DNA of 64,000 nt from Octopus sinensis (GCF_006345805.1 NC_043021.1:18538001-18602000); one strand, 5' to 3'. Shown: positions 12,409 to 44,684, counted from the first letter of the stretch. Translations and numbers: made by a program. Notes: generated from the sequence alone by a model not told the origin.

Positions 12409-15400
12409 TTGCAGAGGTAAAAGCTCTCTGAATTTTCTCTATTCTGTTTGTATTCTAGAATATTCTATGTTGTTGAATGAGGAAGGGGGGGGGGGACTGA
12501 ATACATTTTCTCAAAGGTGTGGTCAATAAACTGTGAAAAAATCTATCAGAAAAGAGGTCCCCACCATATTTCTTAGCACATCAAACAATAGAAGGAATGT
12601 ATTTACATTGTTATATTTCTCTCACAACTAGGTTATTTATCACTTAATCTGATTCACATTGAGTTGTGTATGGAATATAAATTGCTTAATTATATAAATC
12701 AAGTTATCCTTCCCCACCGCCCATAGTGAACGCCTAATTTTCATCTGCTCTGTATTATGAGTGAATGTACTTGATTCAAGTGAAATTGTAGTCGTGGCTG
12801 ATGCCAGTGCCACCTGACTGGCACCTAAAAAGCACCCGCAATACTCTGACTGGTTGGTTCTAAAAAAGGGTATCAAGTTGTAGAAACCTTGCCAGATCAG
12901 ATTGGAACCTGGCGCAGCCTCCTGGCTCGCCAGTCCTCAGTCAAACTGTCCAACCCATGCCAGCATGGAAAGCAGACGTTAAACAGCGATGATGATGATG
13001 ATGATTTTATGCTATTGATTAGGGAAGAAATCCAGATATGTCTTCTGTCAAGAACAAACAACAAACCATGAAACTATTCCCCAGGGGCCTCTCTCCTCTT
13101 TACACTGCACATTAGAAGCATAGAAGGGATGTCTTTACACTTATAATTTCTCTTACAGCTAGGTTTTATAATATTTAAATATATCATCATCATCATCATC
13201 ATCTTTATCACTATCGATCATGGTCTCCTGCCACACTCACCTCCACTCCTACCCCCTCTCCAACCATCTGCTATTCCCCACCTACATCCTGAGGACATGC
13301 CCCAACAACTTTCCACCAACACCCCCACCCCTACCCCCACCCCTCCCTACACCGTGTTGGGCAGCCAAGCATCCCCTCAACAAAACCCCGTTTCCACCTC
13401 TCTACCACACTCCAGCACCCATCCCATCCCAACACCTGTGGCACACAACAACCCTTCAACCACACCAACCCCACTCTGTGCGTGGGTGTGTGTCCGCGTA
13501 TGCGTGTATATATATCTCGAGAAAAACAAAGTAGTCAGAATTTTGGATAATCATTTATTCAACACTTTCATTTTGTTTCAGCTCTATCTGTCTTTCTATC
13601 TCTCTCTCTCTCTCTCTCTCCCTCTCTCTCTATCTATCTATCTATCTTTCGACCATTGATCGGTCAATCATTGATCTATAGATAGATAGATTTACATACA
13701 TGCACACTCAAACGTATTTTTTTCATAGGACAATTTACCAAGCCAATGCTACTTAAGTACTGAGACACCAACTTTAGGGAATCCAGAATCGACTTCCAGA
13801 GTTCTAAGGATATTCCAACCATTCAGAAACCTTCTGGAGGTTTTCCAGCTTTTCCAGAGGTAAGTGTCTTAAAGTCTTCAATGATAGAAGTGTCAGTATA
13901 AGTCTGTGTTTGATCCTTCTTCATTCTTAATTGATCCCTGTTTGCCACCAACTGACAACCCCTCTAGCTGAAGCGACAAGCAACACTTGAAATAAAAGCT
14001 GTGAACAAAGTATGATGCTGTATGTTTGTGGAAGAAGCTGACATCCTAGACCAGGCATGGGCAGCCCCCTTCTTTGAGAAAAGGGCCACATGAGATATGA
14101 CTCAACATTAGGCAGGCTGTACTAATTAAAAAAAAATTAACTTAATCTTTCGTTAAGCTTACCATTTAGAAAGTCCTGCAGGTCACAGGTTTCCCATCAT
14201 CATCATCATCATCATCGTTTAGCGTCCGCTTTCCATGCTAACATGGGTTGGATGGTTCAACTGGGGTCTGGGAAGCCAGAAGGCTGCGCCAGGCCCAGTC
14301 TGATCTGGCAGTGTTTCTACAGCTGGATGCCCTTCCTAACGCCAACCACTCCGAGAATGTAGTGGGTGCTTTTTATGTGCCACCTGCACAGGTGCCAGAC
14401 GAGGCTGGCAAACGGCCATGATCGGATGGTGCTTTTTACATGCCACCGGCACAGGGGCCAGACGAGGCTGGCAACAGCCACAATCGGATGGTGCTTTTTA
14501 CGTACCACCGGCCATAACTGTTCTAAATTTAATGAGACACTTGAGGTGAAAAGTGAATTAGCTACTCTCACAAGACTTGAACCAACGACCTCTCCTTTGC
14601 CAGGTGACCAAGTAAATAATCACAGTTACAGCACCTGTCATTCCATTTCTTTGATTAGGTTCTATAAATAGATTTCTGTCGTTTTATTCTTAGTATTTTA
14701 TCCCCACAAAAGACCAGGTCCCTCATTTGGTGCTAATATGGTAACTTGGTCTACAAATACCCAACTTTTTTAGTATCGAGATGTTACACATTGATTCAAT
14801 GTTTGTCATAAGAAATTATCCTCTGGAATTTAATTAAGACTTAATCTTTCGGCATTACGGAGATGTACTTGCATAGCAAGTGATTTGATCTGAGATCGTG
14901 TGCTGAAACGAAAACAATTGCAGCGTGGAAGGTGTTTATAAGCCATTTAAGAAACACACAAAAACCGTTCGATTCACTTCAACATTTAAGTTTAATTTGT
15001 CAAAATACTTTTGTCGCTTTAAGACCGCGACCTGTTCACTGACAAAAATCTGTGCTAGCACGGCTTTTGTGTGTTTCTTAAATGGCTTACAAACACCTTT
15101 CATGCTGCAATTGTAAGACTTAACCATTATACATTTAATGTAGACTATATTTCATATAATATACACCAGAAGGCAGCTGGCAGAAACGTTAGCACGCTGA
15201 GTGAAATGCTTATCAGTATTTCATCTGTCTTTATGTTCTGAGTTCAAATTCCATCAAGGTTGACTCTGCCTTTCATCCTTTCAGGGTTGATAAATTAAGT
15301 ACCAGTCACATACTGGGGTCGATCTAATTGACTGGGCCCCCTCCCCCAAAATTTCAGGCCTTGTGCCTAGAGTAGAAAAGAATATTAAGATTGAAAAATA

Positions 15401-16827
15401 TCCGCCTTGTTTGTAAAAAATTTTGAACCAAGGTTTGTACCCGCAAAACAAATTTTCCCACACTTCTGACACTGTCAGCAAGTGAGAGATTGAGGGTTCA
15501 AATCCCTGTTACTTCCTCTTTCAAATATCTAATATCATTTGCTTTAATATGTTAGTAGTTAATCCAGTTTAACATTCTAGATAATCCTACAACTAATCCC
15601 ATGGATATCAATGGTTTAGTAATTAATGGATTAGAACTGAATGGGTCTGTAATAAGTGGGTCACTGCTTAATGGGTTGTTAGTCAATGGTTCAATACTTA
15701 ACGAGTCAATTTCTAAATGAGTCTATTTCTTAGTGTCAATAATTAACAAGTCAATTATTTTATGACCTAATTTGTTATGAGTTAATTATCTGCTGTTGAT
15801 TTTTGTTATGGTCTGTAGTAGTTGTAGCAGCAGCAGTAGTAGTAGTAGTAGTAGTAGCAGCAGCAGTATGGAGGCATGCACTGTAATAGCCCATTGTTGC
15901 CTCCACCGTTTGTTGGTGATACCCTATCCCTGGCAGGCAGCACCTTTGCCCCATTCAGGTGATAACCCTCACACCTATGGGTCTATTTGGGTAGTCTTTG
16001 CTAGGGAGGGTTTCATAGGGGTCAGAGCGTAAATCTTACCTCAACCTCTTTTCATTGCCCTTTTTACAACATGCAGAGGAAACATTGGATCTGTTCTTTG
16101 ACATGCCTGTCCCCGTACAGCACTTGTGTTGAATGGATGAGGGAATTAGCTCCTCCAGTCCACACCCACGTGGAGTTTCTACCCCTTTTCCAGGTAACCC
16201 GTAGGTAATGTCATGGTGTTCTGAGATACAAAAACACAGCCACATCTCTTATAGGATATAAACCCATGATCCATAAACCCACATAAAGCCACCTGCCTCC
16301 TGTCTGTCTTTCTCTCTCTCTGTTCATGTGTGCAGTATGTGTTTGAGTTTCTCACTGAGAATTGAACCCGCAACATCTTTGTAGGTTCAATCCCAAGTAA
16401 ACATTGACTTTTTCATCACTTTCATGTTTTCTTAAAATACCTACATGATAATTTGTTTTTAATTAAATGCAATTAAATATTTACTGATTGATTATTGATG
16501 CTCCGTTTGTTACGACGACGAGGATTCCAGTTAATTTGACCAACAGAAACTGCCTGCTCGTGAAATTGACATAAAAGTGGCTGAGTACTCCACAGACACG
16601 CATATCCTTAGCGTAGTTCTCGGTGAAACTCAGCCTGACACAGAATGTGCCAAGGCTGGCCCCTTGTGAATTACAGGTACGGCTTATTTATGCCAGCTGA
16701 GTGGAATGAGGCAATGTGAAATCGAGTGTCTTGCTCAAGGGCGCCATGTATTGCCAGGAATCAAACTCCCAGTCATAATCCAAATACACAAACCAGTAAG
16801 CCATGTGCCTTCGCTCTGATTAATTAT

Positions 16828-17215
16828 GGATAGAAGCACTCCGTTGGTTACGACGATGAGGGTTCCGGTTGATCCGAATCAACGGAACAGCCTGCTCGTG
16901 AAATTAACGTGTAAGTGGCTGAGCACTCCACAGACACGTGCACCCTTAACGTAGTTCTCGGGGATATTCAACGTGACACAGAGAGTGACAAGGCCGGCCC
17001 TTTGAAATACAGGTACAACAGAAACAGGAAGTAAGAGTGAGAGAAAGTTGTGGTGAAAGAGTACAGCAGGGATCACCACCATCCCTGCCGGAGCCTCGTG
17101 GAGCTTTTAGGTGTTTTCGCTCAATAAACACTCACAACGCCCGGTCTGGGAATCGAAACCGCGATCCTATGACCGTGAGTCCGCTGCCCTAACCACTGGG
17201 CCATTGCGCCTCCAC
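16828..17215 (-). mobile_element. tRNA(Arg)-derived SINE, family A, full length with target-site duplication
   Basis: Head gtggaggcgcaatggcccagtggttagggcagcggactc; ctgattaattat occurs at 16816-16827 and 17215-17226. Confidence 0.88.
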
Positions 17216-17648
17216 TGATTAATTATACGACAGACATAATTAACAATTATACAATACAAAAAATTCAGCTGAAGTTTGGCTAAGTTTGTCTGGTATTAGA
17301 CATAAACTTCTCCACATTTAAGAGCATCATTTGATCATTTTTATCAATGAAGGCTGCCACTTTACCTGAGCCTTGCTTTTCACTTGTATGTATGTGTCTT
17401 TTACTTGTTTTGGTCATTAGACTGCAGCCATGCTGGAGCACCTCCCTAAAAGTTTAGCTCAACTCCAGTAGTTGTTTATTTTAAAGCCTGGTATTTATTC
17501 TATTGGTCTCTTTTCCCGAACCACTAAGTCACAAGGCCTTGGTCAGTAGATGAACACTTTCCCAAGGTACCAGACAGTGAGTTTGAACTCAGAATTGTGT
17601 GGTTGGGAAGCAAACTTCTTACCACATGGCGACGTCTGTGCTTATTAT

Positions 17649-17683
<35 letters not shown>

Positions 17684-17860
17684 GTGTATATATATATGTG
17701 TATATATATATGTGTATATATATATGTGTATATATATATATGTGTATATATATATATATGTATATATATATGTATATATATATTTCTAATTTTGTTGTAT
17801 GTTTCTCCATTTTCTAATTTTGTAGTATATGTATATATATATATATATATATATACTTTA

Positions 17861-18002
17861 TAATTAGGGTTCAGCAAAGATTTGCTTCACCACATACCGA
17901 AGTTTAGAAATAGCAGTCAAAAAAGTAGAAGGAATAGCTAAGATTTTTTGACTGCTATTTCTAAACTTCGGTGTGTGGTGAAGCAGATCTGGACCCTAAT
18001 TA
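17861..18002. repeat. Foldback with ~60-bp arms
   Basis: taattagggt..gaagtttagaaatagcagtcaaaaaa versus ttttttgactgctatttctaaacttc..accctaatta. Confidence 0.85.
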
Positions 18003-18759
18003 TATAGTATTACTTAAGCTTACCATGAAATGGTCTTTTTCATGCCGAATTCTACTTGGTAAAATTACTGATTACTTCTTAATTAATTAATTTTACCCTG
18101 TTTATATTAGAGGCACAATGACCCAGTGGTTAGGGCAGCGGACTCGCAGTCATAGGATCGCGGTTTCGATTCCCAGACCAGGCGTTGTGAGTGTTTATTG
18201 AGTGAAAACACCTAAAGCTCCACGAGGCTCTGGCAGGGGGTGGTGGCGATCCCTACTGTACTCTTTTGCCACAACTTTCTCTCACTCTTTCTTCTGTTGG
18301 CCTGCTCGCATAGCCAGTGGGGTGGCGTCATTTGAAGGCTAAAACAATGCGAAGTGCATTGTAACCAGCGATGTGTAGCAACATCTGATAGCCTGGTCGG
18401 TCACCGGTGATGGTGATATATATATATATATATATATATAGGCATATGGTATAGATGTTCTTGAAATTAAAAAAGACATCAAAAACCTGACTCAATTCTT
18501 CTAAGAATATAGAATTTATTAAGCATAAGGTAAGACAGTGATTTCAGAAGTTTCACCAAGAACAGAATATCCAGACACTTTTTGGAGCTTCAAAATTACA
18601 CATACACACATGCATACTTAAATATATATGCACACATACCTACATATGAATGGATATTTTGTGTAACAAAAATTTTCTTCTTTAAATCTCTGTTTAGGAT
18701 TTGGAAGTGGTCCTCCAGGTGATGTCTTTCTGAGGCTCACAGCCACCTGGATACGCACA

Positions 18760-19069
18760 CAGAGAAATCGTGTCTACACACGCACACACACCCAGTCGCA
18801 GACACGCACGCACATCAATCGTCCCTCCTCATAGCACTGATTGAGTAGCAGCAAGCAGAGACGTCAACTGACCAATTTTGGTGAGAAGAACTTGCCTGGT
18901 CAGAAGGGAATGCAACTCGGCGCCACGTGTTGCCCGACGGACCACAACACCACCACCTCTGCTGCTGCCATTCGTCATTTGATCAAGGCCGCCACGCCTT
19001 CCACTGTTGACTTGCGTTTTCATCTTTGTTGGGAATTTGGTGGCCACATTGAGTTTCGTGATAGAAGTC
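18760..19069 (+). promoter_or_regulatory. Probable promoter/5' leader of the SRM-like gene
   Basis: Locally CpG-richer, repeat-free stretch; E-box CACGTG at 18924-18929, a CRE-like GACGTCA at 18860-18866, and a second CACGTG at 19430-19435 in intron 1. Confidence 0.45.
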
Positions 19070-36744
<17,675 letters not shown>

Positions 36745-36845
36745 AATGACGGTCATGTAGCACTATAAACCAACATGTAGCAATATTAATTTAGCCATAG
36801 ACCAATGTAATTGTAAGCCATGTAGCTCTGTAATATTTCAACTGC

Positions 36846-36851
36846 AATAAA
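36846..36851 (+). terminator. Probable polyadenylation signal of the SRM-like gene
   Basis: First AATAAA after the exon 8 stop codon. Confidence 0.55.
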
Positions 36852-36929
36852 CATCACTGACCAACAATGCACTTGTGCAGGTTACTCCTTTTTTATACCC
36901 ACCCCCTCTGTAGGTGAGGCACAGAAGGA

Positions 36930-36961
<32 letters not shown>

Positions 36962-37780
36962 TTTATATATATATAAACCAACCACATTCTTTCTGCAAAT
37001 CAATTATATAAACAGACAGAAACATTTTCTGATATATTATGGAATTTTTTTTTAGTGTTTTGAGTCTTTTTTAAAATTTTTATTATTAAAACATTCCTCC
37101 AAACTCGTTAACTTATGTAATTAAAGATCTTCTCCTTTGCTCCCCCCTCCCTCCCTCCCTAATTCATTCTGCTTTGTTCTATTTCACACGAGAGACACAC
37201 AGACGCCATTTATTGCAATCTTAATAGTTCTTTGATCCGCAGACACCTCATCTGCCTCCTCCTCCTCTTCGTTTCTCTCTCCCTCTCTACGCACACACAT
37301 ACACACACGTGCAGGCCACACCTGCAACCACCCACCTCAGATGTTACTGATTCTCTTTTTTTTTCTTTTTTTTTTTTTTTACCATTCTCTTTACAATTTC
37401 TCCAAAAACGAGAAAAGTGAATGTCGTTCCTGTTAAGAATTGAAACCGGATCCTGTCTCTTGCTTTTACTTCTTTCTTAAACATTTTGCTGCACCACACC
37501 CACCACCTACCACAACACGCTATATACATGTGTATGCATACATACACACGCACACACAACAATGTGTGTGTGTGTGTTCAGGGCTGCGTTGGTGTGTGTG
37601 TGTGTGTATATATGAGACAATGCCTCCACAGGACTATGTGAGTGAAAGTGTGCATAAGGCTGTGAAGTGTGTGACGATGTGCACGTGTGTGTGTGTGTGG
37701 ATAAGTGGATGGATGAAGTGAAAAGAGACCACGGTCCACCCCTCCCACCACAAAACTGGATATGTTATATGAAGGGGAGG

Positions 37781-37912
37781 AGAGGGAGATGCTTAAATGG
37801 TAGTACCACAAGTAGACAAGAGGGGAGAAGGAGGAGGTGCTTAAGTGGTAGACCCACAATTAGACAAGAGGGGAGGAGGTGCTTAAGTGGTAGACCCACA
37901 ATTAGACAAGAG
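37781..37912. repeat. 42-bp tandem repeat (~3 units) in the presumed NAA25 3' UTR
   Basis: gaggaggtgcttaagtggtagacccacaattagacaagagg at 37831 and 37873, plus a degenerate first copy. Confidence 0.85.
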
Positions 37913-39171
37913 ATGAAACATACAGCAAGGCCTCCACTTCACCGAAGGACACACTGGTTTTTCTTTCCTTTCTCGTGAAATCGGAACTCAAAACCACGGA
38001 GTCACAGGCTGCTCTGCTACCACCCACCCCATCAAGCTTTCTGATTACAACCTTCCTGAACCAGTTTCCCGATGTTTAAGCTGGGATGGGGTGGGTGGGA
38101 AGGAGAAATACGAGGGTTCAACTGTCTTGATAAGGACAGAGTAATGGGGCCAAGATGCCTCCCCCAGGGGAAACAGCTGAAGCAAAATCGGTGTGCTAAC
38201 ATAATTGCAGATCTGTGCCTTTCCTATAGCCATGGTGCCTACTGGCAGCTGGGTGGACTATGGCATAAGCCACACAACCCACAAAATGTGCAGTGACCCC
38301 ACTCCCAACCACCCAACACTACTACCCTTCCAGCGACGGACCAACAGGGATGGTCTAGCAAGGACTCTCCAGCCAGTGTCTCAATGTTGTTCATTTTGTC
38401 TGGGTCTTTGATGAGGAAATAAATCCCTTCACACACCACAAGCACAGGTTGCTAAGCTATCCTCCGTCAGCCAAGTAGACTGAGGCAACAGCTGAAGGTT
38501 TTCCTCTTAACCACTCCCAGTTCCTATTGACTAAGGAGCAAGAAGGGGGATAAACCCCTTCAGCTGATTCTAAAGCAGAGCCTTCACACACTGCATGGCA
38601 CCGGAAGAATGTTGAGATCAACATCATTGGAACCCAGGTTTGGACATTCTCATCATCATCATCATTTAACATCCATGGATTGGACCAAGAAAATTTAGAA
38701 GGACATTTGATTGTTATAGGCTGATATGTGGACCTAAACCTGCGGTCAAAGAAAGGGGTTGTTAAGAGATGATAGAATTCTGAGCCCAGAAAAACAACAG
38801 CAGAGAGAATTTGAACTCATGACCTTCCAATTTATCTGACAGTCTTGATTTCTAGAAATTACATAAGAGGGGTGGGTGTGTTAGGGAGTCAGTTCTTTAG
38901 TTGCTTCAACTCCATCGAGAGTACTGGCCATGCTGGGATTTTCTCCATCCCTCCTCCTCTCATTAAATCGAACCCACCCACCCTTCACTACCACCACCCC
39001 ACCTATCATTTTCAGCAGATTTAAGTTAAATAAGAAAAAAAAAATCCATTTCTGAATCAGTGTGTGAGTGGATGTGAGAGGGATGAGGGGGAGACAGAAG
39101 AGGGTGAAAGAGAGAGAGAGGGGTGAGGGGAATAAAAAGAGAAACAAGACTCCAAACAATCCTTAGGGTCC

Positions 39172-39212
<41 letters not shown>

Positions 39213-39442
39213 CTGCTGCTGCTGCCAGAGCGGACAGAATAGTGGTAGGGGTGGTGGTGGTGGTGGTAGTTTGAGAGTGAGGGTGTGAGGAGATACAATC
39301 AGAGAGCGAGCTGGGTGGGGCAGAGGGGATGTGGTTCTCTCCACTGCATGGCAACTGCTACCTGAAGTGGTGGTGGTGATGGCAATTGTAGAGGAAGGAG
39401 GTGGTGGTGGTGGTGTTTGGCTGGAGGTGGTGGTGGGGGTAT

Positions 39443-39565
39443 TCAGAGATGCAGAGAACTGAGGTACTCCAGCTTGTGATGTAAAAGGTCCGTGACTTGG
39501 TGAGCAGACTGTTGATAGCTCTCTTCAACTCTCTTCCACATCATCATCTCCATGGCAACATCCTC
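39443..39565 (-). CDS. NAA25: NAA25 last coding exon (EDVAMEMMMWKRVEESYQQSAHQVTDLLHHKLEYLSSLHL*)
   Basis: tttttttag acceptor, TGA at 39445-39443, 123 nt. Confidence 0.92.
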   Translation of the reverse strand, partial: EDVAMEMMMWKRVEESYQQSAHQVTDLLHHKLEYLSSLHL

Positions 39566-42500
39566 CTAAAAAAATAGATCAATGGTGAGAATATAAATAA
39601 AAGAAAAGATGATCACACAAAGCATTTAATTCAAACTGAATTACAGATTTGTTGAGAAATAATGCATAAAGCTCCTTAACAGCTGTTTCTAGACTAGCCG
39701 AGCACAAGGTACGTAAGTCACTGAACAAAGATTTCCACATAAAGCCAATTTTATATATCATCAACATCATCATCGTTATGTGACATTTGCTTTCCATGCT
39801 GGCAGGGATTGGACAGTTCGACTGAGAACAGACAAGCTGGGAGGCTGTACCAGGCTCCAGTCAGATTGGAGCCTGGTGCAACCTCCCAGCTTGCCAGCAT
39901 GGAAAGTGAACGTTAAGCAACAACAACGATGATGATGATATATATATATATATATATATATATGTATCTCGACCAACATGTGTCCCCGCTACCGAAACGG
40001 TAATTATTTCTACGCCAGCTGCTATGTTGTTGTTGTTTTGTCTCATTTGGTCTAAAGTCGTATGACAACCACCGTTATATACATTTTGTTTTTTCATTAC
40101 TGTTTTCAATTTCGTTTTCGTCTCTTGTATTCACATCCGTCTTGTGCGTTCACATTCCTGTCTTCTACCAAGAAATCTAATGCTTACAGCTTAGTTTTTT
40201 TTCTTGGGGCTGGCCGAGTTGGAGCAAATATCAGAATTGAACAGCCGAAATTTGCTATGATGATTCGGTGTCTGACTGAAGATTGAAGGCTTCGAATGAT
40301 TTGTTTGTGTTCCGTGTTCGTCCCTTCCTGTATTTCACGTTCATTATATATAAAAACATTCATTCTTATATATATATATATATACACACACATACCAGCA
40401 AGACATAAATACCACTGTTAAAAATAGTGTAACCATTTAGCATTTAAACTGGCAAAATCCAGCACAAATATTCTCCCTGTATTACATTCAAACTGGCTGC
40501 ATCTAATCTCTCACCATCCATGAGTTATCAGAGGATGTACAGATTAGTTACGGTTCTGAAGATTTGAGTATGAGACGTGTGTCTGCCAAGTTTGTGCCAA
40601 AACTGCTTCCATCTGACCAAAAAAACACTCGGGTTTCCTTGATTGTGTCGAGAAAGATGAAAACTTTTTGAAAACTTTGCTTAGGCTTCTGAGCAGGTAT
40701 CACCAAGCTTTTGGCAAAATTTGATGCAGATTCTCTGCTCCACTTGCGCTACACTGTTATTCTAAAAATGAGCAATAACATTATTGAAACCTCAAAGCTA
40801 CAAGATAATGCAGGGTTAAATCAAAACAAATAAAAAAGTGTTACACTTCACAGACTGAATGCCAAAGGGTTAAAGCGAAAGACCCTCACACACACATTTG
40901 ATGGTATAAAAAAGGGCATCCCAAATTCAGGACGAAAGGTTTCTTTCTTTTAGTGCATTAAAACAGGTAATAAGCCAAATTTGCATAAAGGACCTGGGGT
41001 GATTTTTGGAAACCCTGTTTTTCACGATAAAAAGTGTGTTTTGCAATGCCATCAAATATGTGTGTGTGAAAGTGTGTGTATGCACACACTGTTTACATAT
41101 ATATACAGACTCACCTCTTCCGAAGAGATACTCTCAGTCAAGTTGAGATGATGTAAATTCAATAACTTAAACACTGGATTAATATCTGTGACAGCTTTAT
41201 GGAGTTCGTGCGTTGACTTTTCCAAACTTGCTGTTAGGTTGTTGAAATTTTCAAAGGTTTTTGGCTGCAAAACAACAGAAGACACAAAACGATAAGCAGA
41301 ATGATAGACGTTGACAAATTGTATCCCCACACGGACATGCAATGGTTTACTAGACTGCCCATGTGTGTGTGTGTGTGTGTGTGTGTACAAAGATATGAAG
41401 TCTGTTCAATAAGTATCTGGACTGTTGCCATAGTGATGAAGCTAAAGCATGCAAAGTGAAATCGCTTGGCACAGGCTGGCCTTGAACTCTGCAGTGCACG
41501 AACTGAAAGTGGGGCCCGGAGACAGAAACAATCCCTATAATAATAGGAGCTTTTGAGTATGGTCAAAAATCGTACAGGTAAATATATAACCAAAATACCA
41601 GGGTTTATGAATGTATATAATATAGAGAAAACTGCACTACCAGGCACACACACACACACAAAGCACTTTTGACACAGTAGAAATACCACCAGCAAAACAA
41701 AGCAGAGCAGAAAGCCAAGTCACACCAAGCTGCCTTCAAGTAAGGCAGTGGAAACATGTAATAAAAATAAGACTATTGAATAATAATAATAATAATCTTT
41801 TCTACTGAAGACACAAGGCCTGAAATCTTGGGAGAAGGGCTAGTCAATTTATATCAACCCCAGTACGTTACTGGTACTTATTTCATCACCCTGAAAGGAT
41901 GAAAGGTAAAGTCGACCTTGATGGGATTTGAACTCAGAACATAAAGATGGACGAAATGCCACTAAGCATTCTGCCAGCTCACCACCTTTAATAATAATAA
42001 TCCTTTCTACCAAAGGCTGAAGGCATGAAATTCGAAGGGAGGGGGTTAGTCAATTACAAAGACTCCAGTGCACAACTGGTATCTAATATATCAACCGTGA
42101 AAGGATGAAAGGCAAAGGTTGACCTTGGCAGAATTGAAATTCAGAACGTAAAGAATTGGAAGAAATCCGGCAACACATTTTGTCAAAATCCTCCAAGAAT
42201 TCTACTCCACACACACACACAATGTGAACAAAATCCACTGACCTGGGGTATATTTAATTCTTTCTTCTTTTTGTTCTTCTTCACCCAAGATGTCTTCATG
42301 GGTTTCAATATACGATGGCAGACAGCTGCCAGAATGGTAATATGTGAGATGGTCTTGAAATGGAGAAGAGAAATCGGACATTACAAACGGCGAAATGAGA
42401 GACGGTGATGGAATGGAGAATATATATAAAACATCACAATTTACAAATTGTAACTTAAACAAAAAACACATATTTTCAGTAGTTTTTGAAACCACAACAG

Positions 42501-44684
42501 AACCCTGGTCCCTGGCCCACCTAAATTGCCTTGGTCCCTGGCCCAAACCTTCGGCTCACCTACAATGCCCTGACCCCTGACCCAAACTTTTGGCTCACAA
42601 TAATGCCTTGATCCCTAGCCCAAACCTTCGGCTCACCTGCAATGCCTTGATTCCTGGCCCAAACCTTCGGCTCACCTACAATGCCCTGATCCCTGGCCCA
42701 AACCCTTGACTCACCTACAATACCCTGGTCCCTGGCTCAAACCTTCGGCTCACCTACAATGCCCTGGTCCCTGGCCCAAACCTTCGGCTCGCCTATAATG
42801 CTTTTGTCCCTAGCCCAAACCTTCAGCTCACCTACAATGCCCTGATCCCTGGCCCAAACCCTTGGCTCACCTACAATGCCTTTTATCATCACAGGGGAAG
42901 CGGAATCTTATTTCATCCAAGGACATATTGTCTGTGGTGCTGCTGCAAGAGGGAAGGTTAGCTTATATCATCCCAAGGGGTAGAGACCTTATCCTGTCCT
43001 GAAAAAGCAAACTCAGAGTCGAGTGAGTTGCAGCTGGCTGAGTCCATGAGTTTACAGTTTATAAACCATTTGCGTTGCACTAAAGCTTAATCCAGGTAAG
43101 TACAAATAGGCACCACAAGGAGGTACAGGTTACTCAACAGCCAACTGCTTATCAATGACGAGGACAGGTCTCTCTTACAACAGAATCAACAGATCAGCTT
43201 TTCTACACAACTCCTTGACAAGTTTCCTACGATCAGCCCCACCATTCATCGTCCATACCATTAGAGTCTGTCTGTCTGTCCTGCACCCATTGGTTCGTGT
43301 CCTACCATTCTCTCATTCTTACAGCATTACACAACCTGAAAAACCCTACACTAGTCACCTGCTTCCACATGTCTCCTACATTCGATATCCATGTCTTGCT
43401 ACCATGTAGCTTTACATGATACATCCAACAGATCGTGGACAGGTGGGACAATTAAGTATACAGGTAGGTGCATGTGTAACTGGGTAGGTAGATGAGCAGG
43501 TAGGTGGGTAGATAGCAGAGTTGATAAACTGGAAGGTATATATGTAGGTAGGCAGGTACTCACCTCAGCTAAAAGCACAAGATTTTCCAGTAAAGTAAGG
43601 TTCCATGTTTTCTTACCATTCTCTTCACTGATTAAACTACATTTGTGCTTAGACACCAGACCTGTGGAGGGAGAGAGAATTGGGGTTAGAGAAGGGTGAG
43701 AGAGAGCAAGAGGCAGATGGTTGTAACAAGAGAGAGAATATAAAAAGAATGTTACCATCAACGAGAGATACTACAGTTGTCTGAATTCGTTTTTCTTCCT
43801 CTTCATCTGCTTTGTCTGGAAAAAAAAAGACAGAAATGAATACAAATATATGCGTGTTCATACACAGGCACAGACTTTAGTTAATTTAACAGCCATTATT
43901 TCTCTGCTCGAATGTGTTGGATGGGGATGTAGTGGAGGCGCAATGGCCCAGTGGTTAGGGCAGCGGACTCGCGGTCGTAGGATCACGGTTTCGATTCCCA
44001 GACCAGGCGTTGTGAGTGTTTATTGAGCGAAAACACCTAAAGCTCCACGAGGCTCCGGCAGGGTATGGTGGTGATCCCTGCTGTACTCTTTCACCACAAC
44101 TTTCTCTCACTCTTACTTCCTGTTTCTGTTGCACCAGTATTTCAAAGGGCCGGCCTTGTCACTCTCTGTGTCACGCTGAATATCCCCGAGAACTACGTTA
44201 AGGGTACACGTGTCTGTGGAGTGCTCAGCCACTTACACGTTAATTTCACGAGCAGGCTGTTCCATTGATCGGATCAACCGGAATCTTCGTCATTGTAACC
44301 GACGGAGTGCTTCCAGTTGAAGCAGGATGCTCTTCCTGTTGCCAATTCTTCCCCCGTTTTTCAAGAAAGGGATTATATATTCCAGAGGACTTCAAAAGCA
44401 GAGGGAGAGAGAAAGAGAGACACCAGTTGTCCTATTTTAAAAAGGAATGGCAACAGGAAACATCAAATCATCAGCAAAACCTTGGAATACTTACATCTAT
44501 GCACATGTGTACAGATGGCACAGGCACGGCTGTGTGGTAAGAAGCTTGCTCCCCAACCACATGGTTCCAAGTTCAGTCCCATTGCGTGGCACCTAGGGCA
44601 AGTGTATTCTACTATAGCCCTGGGCCGACCAAAGCTTTGTCAGTGGAGACTGAAAGAAGCCCGTCATATATATGTACATGTATG

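Noticed and set aside
15840-16250. Non-microsatellite block with small ORFs
   Set aside because: It resembles a decayed retroelement 5' region; no protein or structured-RNA motif could be supported.
43932-44005. tRNA-Arg(TCG)-like sequence, and similar heads elsewhere
   Set aside because: These are SINE heads continuing into SINE bodies, with no proper acceptor stem; they are not tRNA genes.
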